Assembly (NCBI GenBank): GCA_964344965.1
Contig: CAYFPJ010000001.1
Location: 86,771-150,770, forward strand
Length of the DNA: 64,000 nucleotides
Direction of reading: 5' to 3'
Origin: an uncultured Gammaproteobacteria bacterium
Lineage (GTDB): Bacteria; Patescibacteriota; Patescibacteriia; Magasanikbacterales; UBA922
This document shows, one piece after another, positions 1 to 10,161 of this stretch (position 1 is its first letter; every line of letters starts with the position of its first letter). The translations under genes were made by a program, and so were the position numbers. The notes beneath the pieces are model-generated. The model made no database searches. It had not been told where the DNA came from and saw only the letters and a program-made list of their open reading frames with translations.

Positions 1-1754
1 CTATAGAAGGTGTGAAAGTGGGTCCATCGCCAGACTGGCTTCAGAAAAGGCTATTTTCTGCAGGCTTGAATCCGATCAATAATATAGTTGACATCACAAA
101 TTACATTGCTTTTGATCTTGGTCAGCCCATGCATGCTTTTGATATTGAAAATCTTAATTCCGAAGATGGAGAAGTAGATATTGAAGTCAGGAGAGCAGAC
201 AAAGGTGAAGAGTTTGTCGCTCTTGATCAAAAAGAATATGAACTCACTGAAGATATGCTAGTGATATCTAGTAGAGGTAAAGCTGTGGCCCTTGCTGGTG
301 TCATAGGTGGAGAAGAAAGCGGTGTATATGAAGAGACTACGGGTATAGTATTTGAAGCTGCCAACTTCGATCCAGTCAGTGTTCGTCGGACTTCTACAGC
401 TGTCGGAGTTCGTACTGACTCTTCGGCTAGATTTGAGAAGAGTCTGGATCCAAACAATGCAGAACTTGCCCTTAGAAGGGCAGTAGAGCTCACTCTTGAG
501 ATTTGTCCAGAAGCACGAGTGGTTAGCGAAGTGGCAGACGAAAGTAATTTTGAATTGAATCAAGGGCCGATTGAATTGTCTCTAGATTTTCTTAATAAAA
601 AAATTGGAAAAGAAATTGAAAAAGAAAAAGTGATTGAAATTTTGGAAAGCCTCGGGTTTGGTGTGTCTAGTAAAAAAGATATTTTGAAAGTGACCATTCC
701 AACCTGGAGAGCAACCAAAGACATCTCTATTCCAGTAGATCTGGTAGAAGAAATTTCTCGAGTCTATGGTTATGGAAACGTAGAAACAAAAATGCCTGTT
801 TTTGAAATAGTCCCCCCAGAGAGAAATAATTTGCGTATCCTAGAAAGAAAGATAAAGCAAGTGCTGTCACAGAATTGTGGACTGGCAGAGTCTCTCAATT
901 ATTCCTATGTCTCACCACAACAGATTGCCAAGCTTGGTTTTGATCCAGGTGAATATATTGAATTAGACAATCCGATTGCCAAAGATAGACCATACCTTCG
1001 CCGTCATATCCTGACCAACTTGCTAGATAATCTAGAAAAGAATATTCATAATTATAATCAGGTTGGTTTGTTTGAGATTGGTAAGATTTTTCGATTGGAA
1101 CAAGATGGGATCAACGCTGATTTAGATAGCGATGCCTTGTTACCAAGACAAGACAGTATGCTTGGCTGTGTCTACTCTGCTAAGAAAGATGATACGCCAT
1201 TTTTTGAAGTTTCTTCCTATTTGTCAGAGATTATGAATGACCTTGGTCTTGATTATACTATTAGCTCTGGGTGCACTTCTAATTTGTCTCTAAATCATCC
1301 TGCTAGATGTGCTGATATTTTGGTTGGTAAGAAAAAAATCGGTCTGATCGCTGAACTCCATCCAATGTATCAGGACAATCTTGGCATAGATAGTAGGGTC
1401 GGATTTTTGGTGGTCAATCTTAATGAGCTTTTGGAATTTGTCAGTGAAAAAAATAATTATAATCAAGTGTCTCACTATCCAGCAGTACTACGTGATATTG
1501 CTTTTGTATTAGACAGTGGCGTTCTTCATGCAGATGTGGTAGAGGAAATACAGAAGGTTGATGATTTGATATCTTCAGTAGAATTATTCGACGTTTTTGA
1601 AAATAAGAAACTTGGTGAAAATAAAAAATCAATGGCTTATCATATTGTATATCAGTCTGGTGAAAAGACTTTGGAGGCAGAGGAGGTGGAGAAAGTTCAT
1701 GAAAGGCTGGTGAAGAATTTGAAGAAGAGGTTTGGGGTTGAGGTGAGAGATTAG
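1..1754 (+). CDS. pheT: phenylalanine--tRNA ligase beta subunit, C-terminal portion (5' end lies outside the window)
   Basis: The ORF is open from base 1 in the same frame as the listed 12..1754 ORF. Its organisation (B3/4, B5 and FDX-ACB-like C-terminus) and length fit PheT. Confidence 0.8.
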   Translation, partial: IEGVKVGPSPDWLQKRLFSAGLNPINNIVDITNYIAFDLGQPMHAFDIENLNSEDGEVDIEVRRADKGEEFVALDQKEYELTEDMLVISSRGKAVALAGVIGGEESGVYEETTGIVFEAANFDPVSVRRTSTAVGVRTDSSARFEKSLDPNNAELALRRAVELTLEICPEARVVSEVADESNFELNQGPIELSLDFLNKKIGKEIEKEKVIEILESLGFGVSSKKDILKVTIPTWRATKDISIPVDLVEEISRVYGYGNVETKMPVFEIVPPERNNLRILERKIKQVLSQNCGLAESLNYSYVSPQQIAKLGFDPGEYIELDNPIAKDRPYLRRHILTNLLDNLEKNIHNYNQVGLFEIGKIFRLEQDGINADLDSDALLPRQDSMLGCVYSAKKDDTPFFEVSSYLSEIMNDLGLDYTISSGCTSNLSLNHPARCADILVGKKKIGLIAELHPMYQDNLGIDSRVGFLVVNLNELLEFVSEKNNYNQVSHYPAVLRDIAFVLDSGVLHADVVEEIQKVDDLISSVELFDVFENKKLGENKKSMAYHIVYQSGEKTLEAEEVEKVHERLVKNLKKRFGVEVRD

Positions 1755-1765
1755 TAAATAGAATT

Positions 1766-1793
1766 TTGTTCAATAAGAAAAACATGGTATAAT
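1766..1793 (+). promoter_or_regulatory. putative sigma70 promoter (TTGTTC -16 nt- TGGTATAAT extended -10)
   Basis: ttgttc at 1766-1771 and tggtataat at 1785-1793 read directly; it lies upstream of a small ORF. Confidence 0.35.
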
Positions 1794-1867
1794 ATTGGCA
1801 CTTAATAAATTTCCCTATTTGTTAATTGTAAATTGTCAAAAGTTAACTGTTAATAAAAGCCTGTCAT

Positions 1868-2218
1868 ATGTTCAACACTTCCCAAGATTTACTCTATATT
1901 GTTCTGTCACTCTCTATCCTCTGGTTCACAGTATTTCTCTGCTGGCTGCTATACCAAGCCGCTCGAGTACTGCGTAATGCCAATGAGATTATTGAGAACC
2001 TTACTCACAAACTTGAATTGATTTCTGATGCAGTAGAATTTATCCGTGGTAAGGTAGATAGAGCGACAGATCACATGAATTCAGTCAGTAAGTTTGTTAC
2101 TGGCACGGTGGGGAAGATGGTGATGAGTAAATTTGAGAATGCGTTTGAAGATAGGATTGCCGAGAGAGAGGTAGATAAGAAGAAGCCGAGGAAGAAGGCG
2201 AAGAGGAAGAAAAAATAG
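1868..2218 (+). CDS. hypothetical small membrane protein with lysine-rich C-terminus
   Basis: 116-aa ORF with an N-terminal hydrophobic segment and a KKKPRKKAKRKKK tail, followed by a terminator. Confidence 0.35.
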   Translation: MFNTSQDLLYIVLSLSILWFTVFLCWLLYQAARVLRNANEIIENLTHKLELISDAVEFIRGKVDRATDHMNSVSKFVTGTVGKMVMSKFENAFEDRIAEREVDKKKPRKKAKRKKK

Positions 2219-2230
2219 TTTTTATAAAAA

Positions 2231-2262
2231 TCTACTCATAAAACTGAGTAGATTTTTTGTTT
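2231..2262 (+). terminator. rho-independent terminator
   Basis: atctactca taaaac tgagtagat hairpin followed by a T-run. Confidence 0.6.
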
Positions 2263-2287
2263 TATAAATATTTCGTACGCTATGTTT

Positions 2288-2427
2288 TTATATACTCGTC
2301 ATTGCGAGGAGCGACGAAGGAGCGATCCATTCGATTACGCTCAGGACAGGCTCAAGCAATCTCGATGTTTTACTTCTAAATAATGAGATTGCCACGTCGT
2401 GTGGCTTCGCCCACTCCTCGCAATGAC
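2288..2427. repeat. family A palindromic MITE-like element (TIR GTCATTGCGAGGAG / CTCCTCGCAATGAC)
   Basis: Terminal inverted repeats at 2288-2301 and 2414-2427, with an internal GAGATTGCCACGTCGT core shared by copies at 51039-51154 and 52748-52843. Confidence 0.7.
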
Positions 2428-2495
2428 GAGTAGTGTTTTCAGGCTAGACAAGAGCCTAAATTGACGGTAAGATAGATCCAGCTAACTCGATTTTT

Positions 2496-5400
2496 ATGAA
2501 TTTTGTTCACCTTCATACTCACTCTCATTATTCTCTTTTGCGTGGGTTGCCAAAAATTAAAGAGCTAGTAACCGCTGCCAAACAGAAGGGTTTTTCTGCT
2601 ATTGCACTTACAGATTATGGGGCCATGTACGGGGCAATTGAATTTTATAAAGAATGTCAAAAACAAGATATAAAGCCGATCATTGGTTTCGAGGCATACT
2701 TGGCTCCGAGAAATCATACTGACAAAGATTCACAGCATGATAAAGAATTTTCCAATTTGGTGCTACTGGCCAAAAATTATGACGGCTATCGTAACTTGAT
2801 GAAACTTTGTTCCATTTCACACCTCGATGGATTTTTTGATGGCAAGCCAAGAGTTGATAAAGATTTGTTGCGACAGTATAGCAAAGATATAATTTGTTTG
2901 TCCGGCTCTATCCTAGGAAATATTCCTCGCTTATTAAAAAATAATGATTTGGAAGGAGCAAAAAAAGAAGCTTTGGAGCTCAATGAAATTTTTGGGCCTG
3001 ATAATTTTTATCTGGAAATGCAAGATCATCCGGGAATAGAAGGTCAGCTGGATGTGAACACAAAATTGACTCAGATGTCAAAGGAAACCGGAATACCACT
3101 TGTTGTCAGTCGCAATGTTCATTATTTGGAGCCAGATCAATCTGAAGCCCAGGATGTCTTAGTCTGTATTGGTGAAGGGTGGAAGATAGGTCAGACAGAT
3201 CGTGTAGATTATCGTCACGTCGATCGGTCTCTCAATACAGGAGAGGATATTGCTTCTCGTTTTCGTCATGTGCCAGAGGCAATAGAGAACACTGTCAAGA
3301 TTGCTGACATGGTCAATATTGAAATAGAGCTAGACAAGTGGCATTTCGCGCCAGTAGATTTACCAAAAGATAAGAATGCAGATGAATTTCTTCGTGATGA
3401 GGTTTACAAATATGTAGGAAATTTTTATGATCCAGTGACAGAAGAGATAAAAGAGCGAATTGAATACGAGCTAGACATTATAAAAAACAAAGGATATTCA
3501 CCATATTTCATCTGCGTGGCAGACTATGTTCGCTATGCCAAGGATAATGGAATAGTAGAATCCACTCGTGGTTCAGCAGCAGGATCAGTAGTCTCCTATG
3601 TTCTTGGAATTACTACTGTTGATCCAATTCACTTCAAACTCCCTTTTGAACGTTTTCTAAATCCATTTCGTCCCAGTCCTCCTGATGTAGATACTGATTT
3701 TGCCGATGACCGACGAGATGAGATGATCGAGTATGTAACTAATAAATATGGTGTTGATAAAGTTGCTCAGATCATTACATTCGGATCTATGGCAGCAAGA
3801 GCTAGTGTGCGTGATGTGGGTCGGGTACTTGGTTTTTCTTATGGTTTTTGTGATCAGGTAGCTAAGCTGATTCCTATAGGAGCCCAAGGTTTTCCTATGA
3901 CAATCGAGCGTGCCCTAAAAGAAGAGCCAGATTTGAAAAAATTGTACGATACAAATGAGGACGTAAAGCGTCTCCTCGGTCTGGCCCAGCAAGTGGAAGG
4001 GTGTGCTAGACATACTTCTATTCATGCTGCTGGGGTGGTAATTTCTCCTACACCACTAACTGATTTTACCCCAGTCCAAAGAGAAACCGGGGGAGAGCGT
4101 ATTCTCACTCAGTACAGCATGTATGACGTAGAGTCTGCCGGAGTTCTGAAGAATGATTTTCTTGGGATTCGTAATCTTTCTATCCTTGGAAAGGCTGTGG
4201 AGATCGTGGAAAAAACAACAGGCGAGCGTGTCGATATTTATAACCTTCCACTCGACGATATAAAAACATATGAAATGATTTCACGCGGAGAAACAATGGG
4301 AGTATTTCAGTTTGGTAGCTCGGGGATGCAGCGGTGGATCAAAGAACTTAAGCCGACAAACATCGACGATATCATGGCTATGGTCGCACTATATCGTCCC
4401 GGGCCAATGGATTTCATTCCAGAGTATATTCGTCGCAAACACAACCCAGAAGTAATTGATTATCCGCATCCGGATATTGAAGAGATTCTTGAGAAGTCGC
4501 TCGGACTCTTGATTTATCAAGATGATATCATGCTTACGGCGATCAAGCTTGCTGGCTATGATTGGCTTGAGGCAGACAAATTTCGTAAGGCGATGGGGAA
4601 GAAAATTCCTGAGCTTATGATTGAGCAAGAGAAAAAGTTTAAGCAAGGATGTGTTGAAAATAAGATTCCAAAAGATACCGTGGAAGATTTGTGGAATCGT
4701 ATCAAACCCTTTGCATCTTACGGATTTAATAAAGCACATGCCGCAAGCTATGGCATGGTTGCATATCAGACTGCTCACATGAAGGCTCACTATCCGGTGC
4801 AGTATATGACAGCCGTCCTTCAAGCTGAGTCACATGATGCTGACAAGATTTCTGCTATTGTAGGTGAGTGTAGAAGAATAGGTATTGAAGTGCTACCACC
4901 CGATGTCAACGAAAGTTTCAAATCTTTTGCAATGATCTCAAAACCTGGCGAGAAGGGAAGAATTCGATTTGGTCTCACTGCTATCAAGAATGTGGGTGAT
5001 CATATTTGTGAAGTAATTTATCAAGAAAGAAAGAAGAATGGTCAGTACAAAAGCTTGGAAGATTTTCTTGAGAGAATAGAAGATAAAGATCTGAACAAAA
5101 AGTCAGTAGAGAGTCTAGCAAAGACTGGGGCTCTTGATTGTTTTGGAATTGATCGCGGGGTCTTGATGGCTAATAGTGAGAATATTCTCGGATTTATTCG
5201 TCAAGAAAAAGAGAGGAGACAGACAAATCAGGATTCATTATTTGCCGGGACAAGTATTGCTATTGATTCTAAAGTCAGAATTGTAGAATCAGCAGAAGCT
5301 ACAATGGATGAAAAATTGGTTTGGGAAAAAGAATTGCTTGGAATATATGTGTCTTCTCACCCGTTTGCTTATTATCAAAAGTTTTTGGGAGAAAAAATAA

Positions 5401-5969
5401 CACCCGTATTAGAGGTGGAAGGACTGAACCGAGATTCTTGGGTAGTAGTTGGTGGTGTTGTGGATGCTTTGAAAAAAAAGATTACTAAAAAAGGATCTGT
5501 AATGATGTTTGCTACTCTTCAAGATATGTCTGGTAGAATTGAAATGCTAGTATTCCCAAAAGCATATGAAGCTACTAAAGATTCATGGGAAGTAGGAAAA
5601 GTGATTTGTGTAGTAGGGAAGACTCCTCGGGAAGAAGGGGATAATAAGATTTTTGTAGAAAAAGCATATAATCTCTCTAAAGAAAGTATTGAAGAGGTCT
5701 CTCGTTATTTGTCTTTAGGAAGTGGTACTTCAAAAAAAGAAGAAAAAAAGAGTGACAATTTTGTCACTATCACACTCTCTCACGAAGAATTACAGGGTAA
5801 TGCAGAAAATTTGAAAAGTCTTTTTGAAGAATTTCCAGGAAACTACGATGTATACGTCCAAGTGGGTTCTAGTACTATCAAGGGGCAAACACAAATTGCC
5901 TGGTGTTCAGAATTGGAAAGCAGGCTAGTTGATTTGTTGGGTGATGAGAAGGTGGAGGTGAGTGGGTGA
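2496..5969 (+). CDS. dnaE: DNA polymerase III alpha subunit
   Basis: 1157 aa with an N-terminal PHP domain (HLHTHSHYSLL), a polymerase core and an OB-fold region. Confidence 0.92.
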   Translation: MNFVHLHTHSHYSLLRGLPKIKELVTAAKQKGFSAIALTDYGAMYGAIEFYKECQKQDIKPIIGFEAYLAPRNHTDKDSQHDKEFSNLVLLAKNYDGYRNLMKLCSISHLDGFFDGKPRVDKDLLRQYSKDIICLSGSILGNIPRLLKNNDLEGAKKEALELNEIFGPDNFYLEMQDHPGIEGQLDVNTKLTQMSKETGIPLVVSRNVHYLEPDQSEAQDVLVCIGEGWKIGQTDRVDYRHVDRSLNTGEDIASRFRHVPEAIENTVKIADMVNIEIELDKWHFAPVDLPKDKNADEFLRDEVYKYVGNFYDPVTEEIKERIEYELDIIKNKGYSPYFICVADYVRYAKDNGIVESTRGSAAGSVVSYVLGITTVDPIHFKLPFERFLNPFRPSPPDVDTDFADDRRDEMIEYVTNKYGVDKVAQIITFGSMAARASVRDVGRVLGFSYGFCDQVAKLIPIGAQGFPMTIERALKEEPDLKKLYDTNEDVKRLLGLAQQVEGCARHTSIHAAGVVISPTPLTDFTPVQRETGGERILTQYSMYDVESAGVLKNDFLGIRNLSILGKAVEIVEKTTGERVDIYNLPLDDIKTYEMISRGETMGVFQFGSSGMQRWIKELKPTNIDDIMAMVALYRPGPMDFIPEYIRRKHNPEVIDYPHPDIEEILEKSLGLLIYQDDIMLTAIKLAGYDWLEADKFRKAMGKKIPELMIEQEKKFKQGCVENKIPKDTVEDLWNRIKPFASYGFNKAHAASYGMVAYQTAHMKAHYPVQYMTAVLQAESHDADKISAIVGECRRIGIEVLPPDVNESFKSFAMISKPGEKGRIRFGLTAIKNVGDHICEVIYQERKKNGQYKSLEDFLERIEDKDLNKKSVESLAKTGALDCFGIDRGVLMANSENILGFIRQEKERRQTNQDSLFAGTSIAIDSKVRIVESAEATMDEKLVWEKELLGIYVSSHPFAYYQKFLGEKITPVLEVEGLNRDSWVVVGGVVDALKKKITKKGSVMMFATLQDMSGRIEMLVFPKAYEATKDSWEVGKVICVVGKTPREEGDNKIFVEKAYNLSKESIEEVSRYLSLGSGTSKKEEKKSDNFVTITLSHEELQGNAENLKSLFEEFPGNYDVYVQVGSSTIKGQTQIAWCSELESRLVDLLGDEKVEVSG

Positions 5970-5975
5970 TGGCAA

Positions 5976-6056
5976 TGTCATTCTGAGTGAAACGAAGAAT
6001 CTGTATTCAGGAAGACACCCTCTATAAGAAAGATCCTTCGCTGCGCTCAGGATGAC
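5976..6056. repeat. family B palindromic element (GTCATYCTGAGYG...AGATCCTTCGCTGCGCTCAGGATGAC)
   Basis: Imperfect inverted repeat; its arms match those at 21605-21685, 30190-30313 and 14908-14936. Confidence 0.6.
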
Positions 6057-6059
6057 AAA

Positions 6060-7001
6060 CTATAGATCATTCACCGATTTCACACTCTCATTGTTATGAA
6101 TTCTCTTGATCACTTCGGCAAATCTACTGGTGACAGATACTATCTCTGTGTCTCGCAGATTATGTCTGGCAATCGGAATGGTGTCTGTGGTGAGGAATTT
6201 TCTAATTGGTGAAGCATTCAATTTTTCTCCTGCCCCTTCACCAAGGTTGGCATGGATAAAGCAGGCATCAACACTCTTTGCTCCTGCTGTTTCTAATAAA
6301 TATTTAGCATCTTCGATTAAAGTCCCGCCACTGAGAGTCTCATCGTCTATGATGAGACATTTTTTTCCTTTCACATCACCAAGGACGCTTTTTATTTTTA
6401 CTTTTTCATCATTCCCAACTCTTCTTTTGTCCATCATGGCTATTGGTAGATGCAGGCTGTCAGCGTAGGGCTCTACTAGCTTGGCAGCTCCACTATCTCC
6501 AGCCACCAAGATATAGTTTTCCATATTACTATTTTCTTTTATATATTTCGTAATGTCTGGGGCGGCAATCAGATGGTCGCAAGGGATATTGAAGAAACCA
6601 TGGAGCTGAGGAGAATGCATCTCCATAATGATAACTCGATTGGCTCCAGCAGTCTGGAGCATGTCAGCCATTAGTTTGCCAGTGATACAGATTCTGGGCT
6701 GATCCTTCTTGTCTGATCTTGAGTAAGGGAAGTAGGGGAGGACAGCTGTGATTCTCTTGGCTGAAGCATCACGAAGCGTACGGATATAGATAAGAAGTTC
6801 CATGATATGGGCGTCGACTGGAGGAGTGTGAGATTGAATGACAAATACATCATCGCCGCGCACTGGTTCATCTACTGTGATGAATCTGTTTTCATTACTG
6901 AAGGTGAAAGATGTGGTCTTAGTTTCTTCTATGCCAAGATGCTCGCATATTTTTTTGGTGAATTGTTTGTGACTTGATCCTCCTATGATTTTGAGTGACA
7001 T
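6060..7001 (-). CDS. prs: ribose-phosphate pyrophosphokinase (PRPP synthetase)
   Basis: 313 aa with a PRTase-type fold and an N-terminus MSLKIIGGSSHKQF that matches the Prs family. Confidence 0.88.
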   Translation of the reverse strand: MSLKIIGGSSHKQFTKKICEHLGIEETKTTSFTFSNENRFITVDEPVRGDDVFVIQSHTPPVDAHIMELLIYIRTLRDASAKRITAVLPYFPYSRSDKKDQPRICITGKLMADMLQTAGANRVIIMEMHSPQLHGFFNIPCDHLIAAPDITKYIKENSNMENYILVAGDSGAAKLVEPYADSLHLPIAMMDKRRVGNDEKVKIKSVLGDVKGKKCLIIDDETLSGGTLIEDAKYLLETAGAKSVDACFIHANLGEGAGEKLNASPIRKFLTTDTIPIARHNLRDTEIVSVTSRFAEVIKRIHNNESVKSVNDL

Positions 7002-7018
7002 AAAATATCATTATGTAA

Positions 7019-8929
7019 TTAGACTTTCTTTTTTTTATTTCTTTTACGCCCGCTTTCATACCGTTCAATTATGGCTTCTTCTAGTTCTTGGTCAATCGTG
7101 ATTTGAGATCCTAGTTTTTCATGATCACCCCAAAAATGGAGGACCCATTCTGGATTTTCTTCCACCAACTCTTTCAAACACCGGCGAGGAGCTCTGGGAT
7201 CTATATTATATTTAGGACCCAAACTCCCAACAAATACTTTTTTATTTATGATTTCCTGAAAATATTCTAGATCTTCTATTAGTGTTTTGTTGATGCATAG
7301 GCGAATTCTGAAGTCACCTTTCATACGAAATTCTCTTAAGAGCGGAACATCTATTGGTAGTCCATAACCAAAATCACCTGCTCGTTCTGCTAGTATTCTC
7401 CTTTTTTTCATAATTTGCAAACAGGCTTTTTTAACACTAGGGACAGCTCTCTGTTCAGAGGTAGAGGATGTTTTCCTAACAAAATGACTTAATGGTGTAT
7501 AAGCATCTGTGATTTCAGGATAAGTCTGGTGTATGTAGGACTTTACTTCGAGGATTAGTTTTTCGGAATAGATGATAGTGTTGTGTCCGATAGTTTTTAT
7601 ATTTTCTGACCTTTTTGCCTCACTATATAATTTTGTTGCAACTTGATTTGCCAGCCTCTTGAACAGACTTCTATCTACACCAATTTCTTTTGCGGCCAAG
7701 CTCTCTTTTTGAAATCCTGGGTGTGACAGCTCTAGAGCCGACTCTACCCCATCAGGCAATTTTCTTGGAAATCTAGCTTGGATATCCTTTATTTCTTCAC
7801 CCAATGTAGATTCTGTCGGATTATTTTTATAGACATACTTTAGTAATTCATAGACACCTATATACGATATATCTAAGTGTCTACTAATTTTAAGTCGGGC
7901 AGTGTTGGTCTTGTATACTCCGTATTCGTGTAGATCCACCATCTGTTCACTTGTTTGAAGTGCTGTGTATAGATTATTACACAGTCGGAGGTCAGTTATT
8001 GGTGGCACTAAATGACTATCATATGGGATGTTGTCACCTTCTGCAAAATCAGGTATTTTTTCTTCTGTTTCAAAATTGACAGCCATCACAACAGTATTTC
8101 CTAGAGCTTCAAGAGGTGTTCTGTGACTTTTATTTGCATATATATCTTGCAGTCCATATGTCCCGCGAGCTTCTTGACGTTCTGTTTTATCTAGTTTGGC
8201 TAGATTTTTCCAATCATCCGGATGAGAGAGTCGATGGGCTACAATAGTTGCTAGCCCAACTTGATCAGATACAAAGATTGCTTTATAACGTCTTTCGTCA
8301 TGTTGGTCCGCTATGAGAAAGACAGTATACTCGTGTGTTCGCATAGTCTCACGACCAAGCTCTCGATTGAGTTCATCCACAGACTTTCCGTGCCTGTCTA
8401 CAAAGGTAATTCCGTTATCACTCAATGCTTTTTCTACGGCTTCTGTCTTTTTGAGTTCTCTGAATAACTCTTTTCCTCTTTTGCCTTCAGCTTTTGAAGA
8501 TGGGCCTGACCCGTTTTTAGTATCTGGTGGGAAGATAAAAAAATCAACATCATCAGACTCTTCTGGCGTCAATAGTTCGAACTGGTCAAGTTTTTTTTCT
8601 ACCAGGGTTTCGAAGTAAATTTTTATCTCTCGTTCATCAATTGTGGGTATCTGTTGATCTCCGTCTTCTGCAGTTTCTGACATGAATGTAGTGATATCTT
8701 GTTCTGTCACTGGGTAGATGCCATCTTCATACAGATCCATAAAATCAAAGGCGAAGCGTACTGCGTCAACAAGTGATATCTGATTACCTTGACTCCTAAT
8801 AATCAAGTGAAACTGTTCACTCATCTGGCTTGATAGTCTCCTGATTGTTTCTGTTCTTAATTTTTCTCTGTCTGCAGGACGTTTTTCATCAGGGATAGGA
8901 CGATGTGCTGCTTCTTGTCTGGTTGTCAT
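7019..8929 (-). CDS. hypothetical protein (636 aa), function unknown
   Basis: Long uninterrupted ORF with plausible codon usage and no motif I can assign with confidence. Confidence 0.5.
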   Translation of the reverse strand: MTTRQEAAHRPIPDEKRPADREKLRTETIRRLSSQMSEQFHLIIRSQGNQISLVDAVRFAFDFMDLYEDGIYPVTEQDITTFMSETAEDGDQQIPTIDEREIKIYFETLVEKKLDQFELLTPEESDDVDFFIFPPDTKNGSGPSSKAEGKRGKELFRELKKTEAVEKALSDNGITFVDRHGKSVDELNRELGRETMRTHEYTVFLIADQHDERRYKAIFVSDQVGLATIVAHRLSHPDDWKNLAKLDKTERQEARGTYGLQDIYANKSHRTPLEALGNTVVMAVNFETEEKIPDFAEGDNIPYDSHLVPPITDLRLCNNLYTALQTSEQMVDLHEYGVYKTNTARLKISRHLDISYIGVYELLKYVYKNNPTESTLGEEIKDIQARFPRKLPDGVESALELSHPGFQKESLAAKEIGVDRSLFKRLANQVATKLYSEAKRSENIKTIGHNTIIYSEKLILEVKSYIHQTYPEITDAYTPLSHFVRKTSSTSEQRAVPSVKKACLQIMKKRRILAERAGDFGYGLPIDVPLLREFRMKGDFRIRLCINKTLIEDLEYFQEIINKKVFVGSLGPKYNIDPRAPRRCLKELVEENPEWVLHFWGDHEKLGSQITIDQELEEAIIERYESGRKRNKKKKV

Positions 8930-8946
8930 ACTGTTCTTTAATGGAG

Positions 8947-10161
8947 TTAATTATAGATATGGTTGGGATTTGATAAGTTAGTCTTGATAGAACGCATAAT
9001 TAAGACATCTATTAGTATAGCAGAAGCCATGATGGCTAGTACAATCTGGAAGGCTGTGCTCGATATACTAGGCACAAAGAAAAATAATCCATAACCGACC
9101 ACTCGACTGGCAAAGACATAAATCCATTCTCTGATAACAATATATTCTACACGGTGATTTTTGTAATCTGGAATTTGGTGAAGCAAATTGTCGCGGTATG
9201 TTTTGGCTGGAATTTGAAGAAGTGGTAAGAAAATTTCTCGAGCAAATCCATAAAAGATATAAGTAAATAGAATGGGGAAGCCAACGAGAGTCATGGTAGC
9301 AATAAAAAATAATGAGCCACCAATAGTAAGAATAAATCTATACTTAGAATAAGGGACTTTTTTCCCAAGGAAAAGAACTACAATTATTCCAAAGAGAGAA
9401 AACAAGGAAAGCAGTCCTCCCAAATGTAGCTCACTATTTATAATATCAAAAATAAATACTGGCAATAGTCTTTCGATAGCACCTTTGTATCCAATGTTCC
9501 CAAAAAATCTGGCTAAGATTAGTTTTACGATATCTTTTTTTTGCCAGATTAATTTTAATGTTTTTCTATAATGGAGAGGAGGGGATTTGTGATTTTCAAC
9601 TTTTACAAATCCGATGAAGATTGAAAAAATATAAACTATGATGCTGATGATAAAAATATTACCATAACCAAGATTTAAAAAATTCAGTCCAATCGCTGCC
9701 CCTCCCAAGATAGGGGCAAAGATGGAGATACTAGTAGTGAGGGCTTGCATGGTCCCGTTGAAATTGCCACGGTTTTTGGTGTGAGTAGTTTCAAATTGAA
9801 GAAACAAGTAGCTAATCCAGTACATACCATTGAAAAATCCAATCATAGATCCTGTCAGAATAAGATGATTAGCCACATAGTCTTTTAGAATAAATAGAAT
9901 GAGATAAATAATTGAAGAACCAATAAGACTAAGTACTCTTGGGGTGTGGTGTTTGCCTTTTTTTACAACACTAGCAAAAAGGGTAAATGAAATGATGTGA
10001 GCCGTAATAAGAGCAATCGAATAAATAGCCAGAGATCTGAGTGAATTGGTTTCACCCCACAGAAAGACAACGAAAAATATATTGAAAATGGAGCGACCAA
10101 ACATTGCTAGAGAGTGCGATACAATCAGCCTTTGGACATTTTTACTGAGATTGTTATTCAT
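8947..10161 (-). CDS. polytopic membrane transporter, MFS-like
   Basis: 404 aa with about 12 hydrophobic segments. Confidence 0.5.
   Translation of the reverse strand: MNNNLSKNVQRLIVSHSLAMFGRSIFNIFFVVFLWGETNSLRSLAIYSIALITAHIISFTLFASVVKKGKHHTPRVLSLIGSSIIYLILFILKDYVANHLILTGSMIGFFNGMYWISYLFLQFETTHTKNRGNFNGTMQALTTSISIFAPILGGAAIGLNFLNLGYGNIFIISIIVYIFSIFIGFVKVENHKSPPLHYRKTLKLIWQKKDIVKLILARFFGNIGYKGAIERLLPVFIFDIINSELHLGGLLSLFSLFGIIVVLFLGKKVPYSKYRFILTIGGSLFFIATMTLVGFPILFTYIFYGFAREIFLPLLQIPAKTYRDNLLHQIPDYKNHRVEYIVIREWIYVFASRVVGYGLFFFVPSISSTAFQIVLAIMASAILIDVLIMRSIKTNLSNPNHIYN

Noticed and set aside
227-563. Two minus-strand ORFs (88 and 101 aa) inside pheT
   Set aside because: Embedded antisense in a well-supported gene, with no RBS or independent support.
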